DNA of 61,622 bases, the filler included. It is 5 parts of 5 records of this genome, joined end to end, with 100 filler letters (N's around TTAATTAATTAA, not from the genome) between each part and the next. Parts side by side here need not be neighbours in the genome. Positions count along the whole stretch, not along the records: positions 47,071 to 56,468 come from SRR31156797_10547; positions 56,569 to 61,622 come from SRR31156797_10565; 3 more parts are not named here. One strand, 5' to 3'. Each line of letters opens with the position of its first letter. Within the stretch, counting starts at the first letter, position 1. The notes under the pieces are model-generated. The model was given only the letters and a program-made list of their open reading frames with translations, searched no databases and was not told the DNA's origin. A program made the translations under genes and the position numbers. Shown piece by piece: positions 49,146 through 59,292 of this stretch.

Positions 49146-50072
49146 TTATTTTAGTTCCAGTTCCCACAGCTCTTCGGTGAGTTCCTGACCCCAGATTTGA
49201 TGGGTGTTGGTGGTTGAGGCCTGAAAACCAGATCGGGCATAGAGCCGGCGGGCCGTTTCCAGGTTGCTCACTGTCCACAGAATGATTTTTTGGTAGTTTT
49301 GGCGTTTACAGAATTCAACCGCTTCATGGAGCAGCTGCTTTCCAAGCCCTTTCCCCCTTGCCTCTGATTCCACCAGGAACCATCGCAGTTGCGCCACTTC
49401 CTCTTCTGCTTTCACAATGGCGATGGACCCCACCATGGTCGCGTCGGTTTCAGCGACCCAGAGATGTTCCTTCTGAGGGTCATATTGCATGACAAACTGT
49501 GCCAGGCCGGATGCCACATAGGCATCGAACGTGACATCAAACCCATAGGTCTCGGAATAAAACATGGCATGGCGATAGGTAATATATCCAATATCCCCCG
49601 GACGATGGGGGCGGAGCGTAAATATTTTGGATCGGTGTGTTTTCCCTGTGAAAATGTGTTCAATCCTGCCCATGGCCTGCAGGAGTTGTCCCTGTTCCTC
49701 TTTCGTGGTCTTGGCAAGTGATGTGCTGATCTGCTCGTTTGACATCTCCTGGAGTTTTCCAAGGGCCGATTTACCAGGGGAGGTGAGGGAAAGAACCTGT
49801 CTGCGGGTATCTTCAGGGGATTTTTCTTTGCGAATCAATCCCTGTTGCTCAAAACGGCTCAGCAGGCGGCTCAGCTGTGCGGGATCCAGATGGAGCTGCT
49901 TTGCCAGGTCCTTTGCGACAAGGTTGGGGGTGTGGCCAAGTTCGAATAAAATTCGTGCTTCGGTTAATGAATAGTCGCTTTTTAGAAGTTTATTGTCCAG
50001 TAAACCAAGGATTTGTGTGTAGAACCGGTTAAAATGACGTATTTTTTCAATGTCGTTTACATCGTTCATCAC
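49146..50072 (-). CDS. MarR HTH - GNAT acetyltransferase fusion
   Basis: RHFNRFYT..LG, SLTEARILFEL; AQLRWFLVESEARGKGLG, ARRLY..GF. Confidence 0.92.
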   Translation of the reverse strand: MMNDVNDIEKIRHFNRFYTQILGLLDNKLLKSDYSLTEARILFELGHTPNLVAKDLAKQLHLDPAQLSRLLSRFEQQGLIRKEKSPEDTRRQVLSLTSPGKSALGKLQEMSNEQISTSLAKTTKEEQGQLLQAMGRIEHIFTGKTHRSKIFTLRPHRPGDIGYITYRHAMFYSETYGFDVTFDAYVASGLAQFVMQYDPQKEHLWVAETDATMVGSIAIVKAEEEVAQLRWFLVESEARGKGLGKQLLHEAVEFCKRQNYQKIILWTVSNLETARRLYARSGFQASTTNTHQIWGQELTEELWELELK

Positions 50073-50120
50073 CGTTCCCCCCCTTTTCCTGCGAAGTTGT
50101 TGTTTATCGTCACCTGGTTA

Positions 50121-50174
50121 ATAATTGACAAGATAGTTGACTTTGTCAAGTGGTTGTGTGAAATCGTCAATTAT
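50121..50174. promoter_or_regulatory. Candidate MarR operator region
   Basis: TTGAC-TTT-GTCAA (50137-50149) nested within ATAATTGAC...GTCAATTAT. Confidence 0.5.
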
Positions 50175-50217
50175 GTTGTGCCGTAGCGATAGAATGAAAA
50201 TATAATTCCGGAGAGTC

Positions 50218-50266
50218 TTGATTGGACCCCAAAAAAGACCTATAATGGATGCTAAATAAGGGTCTT
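50218..50266 (+). promoter_or_regulatory. Sigma70 promoter and operator of the TA operon
   Basis: TTGATT-N17-TATAAT; inverted repeat AAGACC...GGTCTT flanks the -10 box. Confidence 0.75.
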
Positions 50267-50282
50267 AAAAATGGAGGTGTTT

Positions 50283-50534
50283 ATGGAATCCGTATTGGCA
50301 AATTGTTCGGCGAGTATCTCTGAACTGAAAAAAAATCCAAGCGCACTTATTGATGAAGCTCAAGGCGAGCCCATTGTTATTTTAAATCATAATCGGCCAA
50401 CAGCCTATCTCGTTCCTGCTGAAACTTACGCCGCCATTCTCGAGAAACTTGAAGACTACGAATTGGGGCTTCTTGTGAAAGAACGTCAAGCTGAAATCGA
50501 GGATGCCGTGGACGTAAATTTAGATGATTTATAA
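50283..50534 (+). CDS. Phd/YefM-family antitoxin (StbD-like)
   Basis: ASISELKKNP, ILNHNRPTAYLVPA; GGAGG RBS favours the ATG at 50283. Confidence 0.9.
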   Translation: MESVLANCSASISELKKNPSALIDEAQGEPIVILNHNRPTAYLVPAETYAAILEKLEDYELGLLVKERQAEIEDAVDVNLDDL

Positions 50535-50808
50535 ACTCAAATTTATTCCAACGGCATTAAAAGAATGGGGAAAACTTGATAGGCCTTTTCAAATACAGTT
50601 TAAGAAAAAGTTGAAGAAACGACTTGGGAATCCCCATGTTCCATCGGATCGCTTGTCCGGATTTGACAATCACTATAAGATAAAGCTCAAGGCAAGCGGT
50701 TATCGTTTGGTCTATGAAGCCAGGGATGAAGAGATTTGCGTGTTGGTTATCGCCGTGGGAAAAAGGGATAAGAAAGTGGTTTATAAAAAGGCTCAAAAGC
50801 GGAAATAG
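50524..50808 (+). CDS. relE: RelE/StbE-family toxin
   Basis: YKLKF...ALKEWGKLD, YKIKLKASGYRLVYE, VIAVGKR; overlaps the antitoxin. Confidence 0.92.
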   Translation: MIYKLKFIPTALKEWGKLDRPFQIQFKKKLKKRLGNPHVPSDRLSGFDNHYKIKLKASGYRLVYEARDEEICVLVIAVGKRDKKVVYKKAQKRK

Positions 50809-50840
50809 GACAGCCCAATTTTGGGGACTGTCCTATTCTT
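50804..50840 (+). terminator. Terminator after the TA operon
   Basis: AATAGGACAG...CTGTCCTATT-CTT. Confidence 0.7.
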
Positions 50841-50865
50841 TGTCTTTAGCTTGCCGGATTAAAAA

Positions 50866-52233
50866 TTACTCAGGCATGTCAGCAAGCACAAGCTTGTCCC
50901 CTTCGCTGTTCTGCCTGGTCTTCTCCTCCACCAGCAAGAGCCGTGATTGTACGGTTGCCCTGAATTTTTCAAGTTTCTCGGGGCTTAAGGGGGTGCCCTT
51001 GAAATTCTTTATTGTACTTGGATTAACGGGTTTGCCATTGATCCGCACTTCATAATGCACATGGGGGCCTGTGACAACACCGGTCGCTCCCACCCTTGCG
51101 ATGGTTTCTCCCTGGTCGACAAACTGGCCTTTTTTTGCGATGAGTCTGCTGCAATGGGCATAATAGGTCTGATACCCGTTGGGATGTTTTAAAATAATAG
51201 TCTTTCCATACCCGCCCTTCCAGCCGGAAAAGATGACCTTTCCGTTGGCGGTGGCAAAGATCTTTGTTCCCGTTTTGGCCCCATAATCGATGCCTGTATG
51301 CTTTTTGTATTTCTTGTGAACCGGGTGGAACCGTCGAATGGAATAGCCCGAGGTTTTGATACCAAATTTCAGCGGCAGCCGCAGGAACATCTTTCTCAAT
51401 GGGTGCCCCTGTTCGTCATAATATCCGCCATCAAAGAAAAAAGATGAGAATGTCCCGTTTTGACCGGTATACTTGGCAGCCAGGATATCGCCATACTTGA
51501 TAAAGGTGTCGTCCAGAAAATATTTTTCAAAGAGGATTGTTATCCTGTCGCCCTTTCTTGGGAAAAGATAAAAATCGATGTCCCAGGAGAAGATATCCAC
51601 AAATTGATCAACCAGCCGTTGTTTTTCCCCGGTACTTAAAATGGCCTTGGAAAGGGACGAGTCAAGGGAAATTTCCATGGCCTCCACCCTTTTTTCCGGA
51701 ATCAGGTCATGTTGAGAAACCTTAAAATCGCCATTCTCATCTCTTTCGGCAATATATTCAAGCAGGGGATCGGGACTGTAAACGAATCTTTGAAGTTGGT
51801 TATTTCCGGCAAGAAAAATTTGGAACCTGTCATCCGGTGCGGCAGCCCTGAAATCGAACGTTTTATCAAAGGCCTGGGTTAGATTGAAAATTTGGGTGGG
51901 GGATAATCCACAGGATATCAGTTTGCCATAGACGGTATTATTCCTGCCGATCACCCCCTGGATATCCGGAGCCACAACCTTTGGAATCGCTTTCACGACG
52001 CTTTCTTCGCCGGGGGAAATACCAGCATTGGGATCGGAAGGGAGCGGGGCCACGGCAGGCACTGATTTCCCCGGCTCTGTCAAAGGGCCGTCAACGGTAT
52101 TTTTCTGGGAGGTGTCCTTTTTTGAAGATGGGAAAATACTGCTGATTCCAACACTTGAGGATAAAAAGATTGCCGAAACAGCCAGCAAAAGCACAATGCA
52201 TATCAGTTGAACGTACTTATTAATAAAAGTCAC
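50866..52233 (-). CDS. M23-family peptidoglycan DD-endopeptidase (MepM/Csd3-like)
   Basis: N-terminal TM, FSWDIDF, HTGID, GYGK, YAH, TGPHVHYE. Confidence 0.92.
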   Translation of the reverse strand: MTFINKYVQLICIVLLLAVSAIFLSSSVGISSIFPSSKKDTSQKNTVDGPLTEPGKSVPAVAPLPSDPNAGISPGEESVVKAIPKVVAPDIQGVIGRNNTVYGKLISCGLSPTQIFNLTQAFDKTFDFRAAAPDDRFQIFLAGNNQLQRFVYSPDPLLEYIAERDENGDFKVSQHDLIPEKRVEAMEISLDSSLSKAILSTGEKQRLVDQFVDIFSWDIDFYLFPRKGDRITILFEKYFLDDTFIKYGDILAAKYTGQNGTFSSFFFDGGYYDEQGHPLRKMFLRLPLKFGIKTSGYSIRRFHPVHKKYKKHTGIDYGAKTGTKIFATANGKVIFSGWKGGYGKTIILKHPNGYQTYYAHCSRLIAKKGQFVDQGETIARVGATGVVTGPHVHYEVRINGKPVNPSTIKNFKGTPLSPEKLEKFRATVQSRLLLVEEKTRQNSEGDKLVLADMPE

Positions 52234-52590
52234 TATATAATCTCTTCCACGGGCACAATTCGAAACCAGGAAAACCAGCGGTTCAGTTCCGGTAGAGCCA
52301 TTTCATTCCAACAAAAAAAGTTTCAGTCAATAAAAAGTTCACCTCTAATATCAAAAAAGCCTTAATAAATCAATATGTGGCGAGGCGGTAACGGGATGAG
52401 GGGCGATTGCCCCCTCTCAAAACGAAAACAAGGTCCCGCTTCAAATCGTGAGCCTGAAAATGTCCGGCACCAGGCTTTTTCTTTACAATTGTATATATTC
52501 TTCCTGTTTGTTTTTCGGTGATTTTTCTCTACTTTATTGCTTGATTTATTGAAGTCGCACTGATATTTTTACCCTTTGTGAAAAGTTGTA

Positions 52591-55016
52591 TTGGTGTTTG
52601 GTGTCTTTTTTGTCCAGGGGCCATTCATGTCATCCGTCTCGGCCTTTGGGGTTGAAATCGTGCTTGGAAAATATATAAAATTTGTTCTTTTTCTCCTGTG
52701 CATCGGCGGGATGATACCGTCGGTATCCATGGTGTATTCCCAGGAGGCGTCCACAAAAAACGTTCTGATCCTTCAATCTTTCCACAAGGGGCATGTCTGG
52801 AATGACAGTATCTCTGAAGGGATCGACGCCACACTCTCCAAGCATCGGACCCCCGCCATGAACACTATAGTCCATTATGAGTACATGGATGCCGAACGGA
52901 CAAATTCAACGGAACAACCCCGGTTCTTGTATGAATTTTTAAAGCAGAAGTACAAAAATATTCGGTTTGATGTGATCATTGCCACGGATGATTCCGCATT
53001 TCAGTTCCTGCTTAATTACCAGAAAAAACTTTTCCGGGACACACCCGTTGTTTTCTGCGGTGTCAATTATTTCGAAGAGTTTGAGATGTTCGGCCATGAG
53101 CAATTTACCGGCGTGGTTGAAAGAATCGATATCATAGAAACCGTTCGGACCGCCCTTCGCCTGCACCCGGACACAAAAGAGATTCTTGTTGTTGTCGATG
53201 GAACGGACACGAGTATCGCCACCATCAAAACCATTGTCAAAAATTTTCAATATTTTGACAATCCGTCGATTTGTTTAAATTTATCGGCGCCATGGAAATG
53301 GAAGCCCTTCAAAGCAAGCTTAAATCCCTTTCCCCCGGAACCGTGGTACTCTTCGTCAACTTCACCGTGGACAAAACCGGACAAAAATTTTCCATGATAA
53401 ACGGCCTCCAGCGGCTTGCCAAGGATTGCCCGGTCCCGATTTATTCTTTCTGGGACTGCTACCTGGGTAACGGCATTGTGGGCGGTATGATGGCCAGCGG
53501 AAGGGCCCATGGTAAAAAGGCCGCCAGTATTGCATTACGGATTTTAAGCGGAGCGGCGGTGCAGGATATTCCGGTTTTCAAAAAAAGCCTGAATCGTCAT
53601 ATGTTTGATCACCCGTACATGGAGCGGTTTAAAATAAGAGAATCCATGCTTCCCCAAGGCGCCCGGATTAAAAATATCCCGTTCTCCTTTTATAATGAAT
53701 ATAAAAAACTGGTCTGGACCACTGTTTCAGGAATCGTCGGTCTTGGAATCATTATCCTGGCGCTTGCCATAAATATTTTCAAGCGCAAACGGGTGGAGAA
53801 ATCCTTGAAATTTTACTCCAATCAGCTGAATATACTCCATAAGATTGACAGGGCGATTCTGGCGGGCAATTTTACCTCCCAAACAACCCAGGATGTTCTG
53901 TCCTTCGTGAGAAACCTCTATTCATGCCACCTGGCCGGGGTTGTGGTGTTCGATTTTAAGGATCAGACCGCAACGGTTACCGCGGTGGATACGGATTTTG
54001 AAAACAGAATCACCAAAGGCGCCGTTTTTTCCATCCGGGATTTCAACCCGGATGCCCTTCGTGCCGGCAACACGGTAATATCCGAGGGGCCGTACACATT
54101 GGGAAATTCGTTTTGGGCCAGGGTGTTTTTCAATAACGAAGGTATCAAAGGATATTTAAGCTTCCCTCTTATTGCCAATGGTGAACTGATCGGTTCCCTG
54201 ATTCTTTCCCGGGGGGCCGGGGCCGCACCGTTGAGAAACAACGAAATTATCGACATCATCAATGAAGTGGCCACCTCCCTGGCCGTGGCGATCCAAAGCG
54301 TGAAACTCCAGCAGGCAAGCCGGAAGCATGAAAAAGAATTGATACGGCTCTCGGCAAAGGTCTATGAAATGCAGGAATCCACATGCCGGAAAATATCGTT
54401 TGAACTCCATGACGAAATCGGCCAGGCCCTGACCGCTGCCACCCTCAACCTGGCGGCCATGGAGAAAATGATCCCCGGGGGGGAAACCCACAAGCTCAAA
54501 GACGCACTCGCCGACACGGAGCAGATCATTAACGTACTGGCCGAACAGGCCCATGATCTCTCCCTTAACCTTTGGCCGCCCATGCTAAGGGATTTCGGGC
54601 TTGTTTCCACCCTGCGCTGGTATCTGGACCGAATTTCCGAAAAAGTGGATATCCGAATTGAATTTGGTTCATCCGATTTTCCGGAACGGCCCGCGGAAGA
54701 GATCGAAACAACCTTTTACCGCCTGGCCCAGGAAGCCTTGAACAATATTTTAAAATACGCAAAGGCCTCCAGGGTGGATATTTCCATAACCCTCAAGGAC
54801 AACGGCATGATTTTCTTCATGGTCGAAGACGACGGCATCGGGTTTGACCTGGAAGAGACCTTTTCAAACGATAAAATAAACGACAAACTCGGGCTTTTGG
54901 GAATGCGGCAACGTATCGCATTTCTGGAGGGCACGCTGAATATCTGGTCCAGCCCGAACAAAGGGACCTGTATTTCAACTGAGATACCATGGCAGAAGAG
55001 GATGACCCATGAATAA
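52591..55016 (+). pseudogene. Sensor kinase (periplasmic binding domain, TM, GAF, HisKA_3, HATPase) split by a 1-nt frameshift near 53260
   Basis: ORFs 52591-53397 and 53271-55016 are consecutive parts of one domain; ELHDEIGQ, QEALNN, EDDGIGF. Confidence 0.8.
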
Positions 55017-55077
55017 AATTAAAGTATTAGTGGCGGAAGACCATACCATCGTCAGGAAAGGATTGGTGGACCTTTGA
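55009..55077 (+). pseudogene. N-terminal stub of a NarL-type response regulator
   Basis: MNKIKVLVAEDHTIVRKGLVDL*, overlapping the kinase stop. Confidence 0.8.
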
Positions 55078-55096
55078 TGGCCGGCATGGAACCCAG

Positions 55097-56020
55097 TTAA
55101 GGAGAGTCCCTTTTTATGCCTTCAGCCACAATCCGTTCCACTTTCTCGAGGATGGGCCGGGCGTTCTCGTTCCCGGATACCTGGTTCACCTCCTTGACCC
55201 ACTGGGCTTTGACTTCATCAATCTCTTTCAGGCCCATCCATCGTTCGATATCTTCCGGTGGGGCAAAGGAAACCGTGCATCCCGCTTTTTTCTGGGCTGA
55301 AATGATTTTTCCCAGCATGGTTTCATAGCGTTCGGCAAATTGTTTCCGTGATGTGACGGCGGCGGATTCGATGGTTTTTTTCACCTCCCGGGGCAGGGCG
55401 TTCCATTTTGAGCGGTTGATGGTGATATGGAAGGGCACCGGATTCCAAAGCTCCCTGAACACCAGAAGATGCGGTGCCACTTCATCCAGGTGAGCGCGAT
55501 GAATTCCGTCCAGGTTTGTATGAACCCCTTCCAGGGCATTGGTTTTCAGGGCCATATGGCAATCGATCCAGGGGATGGAAACGGGAATGGCCCCGGCACC
55601 CCCCAGAATTTTCAGCATCCAGCGACTGGCGGTCCTGACCCGCCGGTCCTTGTACTCTTTTAATGATGTGATGGGCCTGGTGAAACATCCGGCCAGGGGC
55701 ATCACGGAATAGGTGTAGATGATTTTCTGGTTGTACTTTTCAATTTCCCCGGAGAGTTCAGGGATTTCCCTATACATGGTTTCATACACCCACATCCTGT
55801 TGGCGTACCGGGAGGGGCCGCGTTGTATCAGCGTAATGACGCCATTCTTAAGCAGCCGGGCCGGATAATAGTTGATATTGATATGCCCGATGTCGGCCGT
55901 ACCATCCATCACCCCCTCAAGGATCTCCTTATCCTTCAGAAACGATTGTTCCCAATGAACCCGCACGGAAACCCTTTCCTTGCCAAGTTTCTCTATCTCA
56001 TCAATGAACATCTTTTCGGC
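55097..56020 (-). pseudogene. dctP: DctP-family TRAP substrate-binding domain lacking its N-terminus
   Basis: EILEGVMDGTADIG, PITSLKEYKDRRVRT, GAIPVSIPW..CHMALKT..LEG, INRSKWNALP. Upstream of ~56020 the frame is antisense to another gene. Confidence 0.75.
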
Positions 56021-56468
56021 GGCGCGCTTTCTCTGGCCGGTGAAAAGGGAAAACCCGTGGCAGATTTCTTCAGTTCCCTGGCCGAGGTGATGTTTAAACT
56101 TTCGGACATTGTGATCAAAATGGCACCCTACGGTGTTTTCGCACTGATCGCCTGGACATCCGGTAAGTTCGGACTCTCCATCCTCCTGCCCATGGGCAAG
56201 CTCATTGCCGCCACTTTCATTGCCAGTGCCCTCCATGTGATTTTAACATACTCCGGGGCTGTCAGAATCCTGGGACGGGTCAACCCCGTTCACTACTTTA
56301 AAAAGGTTATGGAACCTGCCCTGGTGGGCCTGAGCACATGCAGTGCCGCCGCAGCCTTTCCCTTTACCATGCGTGCCCAGAAACAACTGGGTGTTTCCGA
56401 ACGGGTTTCCGGATTTACCCTGCCAATGGCGCTTACCATCAACATGGACGGAACCGCCCTGTATCAGT
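56012..56468 (+). pseudogene. Internal fragment of a dicarboxylate/amino acid:cation symporter (GltP/DctA family)
   Basis: LFGGAL..AGEKGKPV, APYGVFAL, STCSAAAAFP, FTLPMALTINMDGTALYQ. Confidence 0.85.
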
Positions 56469-56568
56469 NNNNNNNNNNNNNNNNNNNNNNNNNNNNNNNN
56501 NNNNNNNNNNNNTTAATTAATTAANNNNNNNNNNNNNNNNNNNNNNNNNNNNNNNNNNNNNNNNNNNN
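56469..56568. other. Artificial contig linker
   Basis: Same spacer. Confidence 0.98.
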
Positions 56569-56569
56569 T

Positions 56570-56986
56570 TCTGTATCATTTGACCACTGTTGTCACCCAA
56601 AATTTGGTGATGAAATAGTTGCTTTTAAAGAAGGTAACAAAACTGTAATTCACCATAAAATGTGTGATAAAGCATATAAAAAAATCATGAGCAATGAACA
56701 AATGCTTTACTGTAAATGGACAAAAGATACTTTATATCAATATAAGATGGTAGTTAGTTTGCCAAATACTAAAGGTGAACTAGCAAGACTATTATCATAT
56801 ATGAGCCAGTATGAAGGTTATATTTTATCAGTTGATTATGGTAGAGAAAAACACTCTTATAGGCAATATTGTGATATAGAATTTGAAATAAATATAGCAA
56901 ATGTTGAAGAGGTTAGAAAAATCATTGAGAAAAAAGCAAAAGTAATAGAGTTTTTCTCAAAAAGAGATGCATATACAAAAAAATAA
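56570..56986 (+). CDS. spoT: RelA/SpoT C-terminus (zinc finger + ACT), 5'-truncated
   Basis: FDHCCHPKFGDEIVAF...IHHKMC then ACT-like LPNTKGELARL; upstream of tyrS. Confidence 0.88.
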   Translation, partial: SVSFDHCCHPKFGDEIVAFKEGNKTVIHHKMCDKAYKKIMSNEQMLYCKWTKDTLYQYKMVVSLPNTKGELARLLSYMSQYEGYILSVDYGREKHSYRQYCDIEFEINIANVEEVRKIIEKKAKVIEFFSKRDAYTKK

Positions 56987-56998
56987 AAAAGAGGATAA

Positions 56999-58207
56999 AT
57001 GGAAGAGAAAGTAAAAGAAGCCCTTGCAGAAATTCAAAGAGGAACTGCAGAAATTATTGATATTGAAAGAATTGAAACATTAATTAAAAACTATTATGAA
57101 AAGGGTGAAAATTTTTATGTTAAAGCTGGATTTGATCCAACTGCTCCAGATTTACACCTAGGTCATACTGTACTAATTCAAAAAATGGCAACTTTTCAGA
57201 AGTTTGGAGGAATAGTTCAATTTTTAATTGGAGATTTCACAGCAACAATTGGTGACCCAACAGGAAAAAGTGAAACTAGAAAAGTTTTAAGTACACAACA
57301 AGTTTTAGATAATGCAGAAACATATAAAGAACAAGTATTTAAAGTTTTAGATCCTGAAAAAACTGAAGTTAAATTTAACTCACAATGGCTAAGTGAATTA
57401 GGTACAGCAGGTATTATTAATTTAGCATCAAATTTAACTGTTGCAAGAATGTTAGAAAGAGATGATTTTGCAAAAAGATATGCTAGTAATACTCCAATTG
57501 CAGTTAGTGAATTTACATACCCTTTACTTCAAGGCTATGACTCAGTTGCAATGAATACAGATATTGAGATGGGTGGTACAGACCAAAAGTTCAACTTACT
57601 AATGGGAAGAACTTTACAAAAAGCTTACAATACAGGAAAACAACAAGCTGTATTAATGATGCCAATTTTAGAAGGTTTAGATGGTGTGCAAAAAATGTCT
57701 AAGTCTTTAGGAAATTATATTGGTGTAACAGATGCTCCAAATGATATGTTTGGAAAAACTTTATCTATATCAGATGACTTAATGTGGAGATACTTTGAAT
57801 TGCTATCAAGTAAATCTCTTAAAGAGATTGAAGAATTAAAAAAAGGTGTAGAAAACGGAACACTTCACCCTAAAAAAGTAAAAGAAGATTTAGCTATGGA
57901 GATCGTTGAAAGATACCATGGAGAAGGACAAGGGCAAAAAGCAAAAGAAGAGTTTGAAAAAGTTTTTGCTAAAAAAGATATTCCAACAGATATGCCAGAA
58001 TTTGAGTTTGAAGCTGGTATTTGGTTATGCCAAGCACTAGTTGATTCAAATCTAGTAAATTCTACATCACAAGCTAGAAGAGATGTAAAGGCAAATGCTG
58101 TTAGTATTAATCAAGAAAAAGTAACTGACGAAAAATTAAATTTAGAAGCTGGTGAATATATTTTACAAAAAGGTAAAAAGAATTTCGCTAAGATAATAAT
58201 AAAATAA
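56999..58207 (+). CDS. tyrS: Tyrosine-tRNA ligase
   Basis: [32 protein letters not shown]-terminal S4 domain. Confidence 0.98.
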   Translation: MEEKVKEALAEIQRGTAEIIDIERIETLIKNYYEKGENFYVKAGFDPTAPDLHLGHTVLIQKMATFQKFGGIVQFLIGDFTATIGDPTGKSETRKVLSTQQVLDNAETYKEQVFKVLDPEKTEVKFNSQWLSELGTAGIINLASNLTVARMLERDDFAKRYASNTPIAVSEFTYPLLQGYDSVAMNTDIEMGGTDQKFNLLMGRTLQKAYNTGKQQAVLMMPILEGLDGVQKMSKSLGNYIGVTDAPNDMFGKTLSISDDLMWRYFELLSSKSLKEIEELKKGVENGTLHPKKVKEDLAMEIVERYHGEGQGQKAKEEFEKVFAKKDIPTDMPEFEFEAGIWLCQALVDSNLVNSTSQARRDVKANAVSINQEKVTDEKLNLEAGEYILQKGKKNFAKIIIK

Positions 58208-58217
58208 AAGGTAAATT

Positions 58218-59291
58218 TTGAAAATAGGGAAATATGAAATTAAGCATCCAATCATCCAAGGTGGAATGGGTGTTGGTATTAGTTGGGACAAATTAGCTGG
58301 TACAGTAAGCTATGAGGGTGGTTTAGGTGTAATTTCTGGTGTTGGGACTGGATATTATGCATTAGATGATCAAGATATCAAAACAAAAAAGAACAAACCA
58401 GTTGATGTACTAAACTTTTATTCAAAAAAAGCCTTAACAACAATTATTGAAAATGCTAGAAAAATCTGTGGAGATGCTCCTTTAGCTTGTAATATTCTTT
58501 ATGCTTGCAATGATTATGGAAGAATTGTTAAAGATGCATGTGAAGCAGGTATTAATATTATTATAACTGGAGCTGGACTTCCAACAAATATGCCAGAGTT
58601 TACAAAAGATTTTCCAGATGTTGCACTAGTTCCAATTGTATCAAGTGCAAGAGCTTTAAAACTTATTTGTAAAAAATGGAAAAGATATGGGAAACTTCCA
58701 GATGCTGTAATTGTAGAGGGACCAAAATCTGGTGGACATCAAGGTTTTACTTATGAACAATGTTTCCAAGAAGAGTTCCAACTAGAAAATATAGTTCCAG
58801 GAGTAATTGAAGAGTCAAAAAATTGGGGGAATCCTCCAATTATTGCTGCTGGTGGAATTTGGAATAAAGAAGATATTGATAAATTTATGGATATGGGTTG
58901 TTCTGGTGTTCAAATGGCAACAAGATTTATTGGAACATTTGAGTGTGATGCTGATAGTGAATTTAAAAAAGTTATACTTGATGCAAAAGAAGAAGATATA
59001 AAACTTATGAAATCTCCTGTTGGCTTACCAGCAAGAGGTGTTAGAACAAATCTACAGTTCTCAATGGAAGAAGGAACTGCACCAAAAGTTGCATGTATTT
59101 CTAACTGTGTAGCACCTTGTAATAGAGGTGTGGAGGCAAAAGCTGTTGGATATTGTATTGCTGATAGACTAGGAGCTGCATACCAAGGTGACACTGATAC
59201 AGGACTTTTCTTTACAGGTTCAAATGGTTATAAGATAAACAAAATTATCTCAGTTCATGAGCTAATGGAAAAACTAACAAAAGGAGAATAA
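58218..59291 (+). CDS. fabX: Nitronate monooxygenase-family flavoprotein, probable FabX ortholog
   Basis: PIIQGGMGVG, EGPKSGGHQG, CISNCVAPC...YC; spoT-tyrS-X-amiA order as in Helicobacter. Confidence 0.7.
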   Translation: MKIGKYEIKHPIIQGGMGVGISWDKLAGTVSYEGGLGVISGVGTGYYALDDQDIKTKKNKPVDVLNFYSKKALTTIIENARKICGDAPLACNILYACNDYGRIVKDACEAGINIIITGAGLPTNMPEFTKDFPDVALVPIVSSARALKLICKKWKRYGKLPDAVIVEGPKSGGHQGFTYEQCFQEEFQLENIVPGVIEESKNWGNPPIIAAGGIWNKEDIDKFMDMGCSGVQMATRFIGTFECDADSEFKKVILDAKEEDIKLMKSPVGLPARGVRTNLQFSMEEGTAPKVACISNCVAPCNRGVEAKAVGYCIADRLGAAYQGDTDTGLFFTGSNGYKINKIISVHELMEKLTKGE

Positions 59292-59292
59292 A

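Noticed and set aside
50271-50808. TA module as a marker of a mobile element
   Set aside because: No integrase, transposase or att-like repeats nearby; a standard solitary RelBE-type pair.
56021-56236. N-terminal 70 aa of the 379-aa ORF 55097-56236, and likewise the N-terminus of ORF 55823-56524
   Set aside because: Each is the antisense reading of the other gene across the junction.
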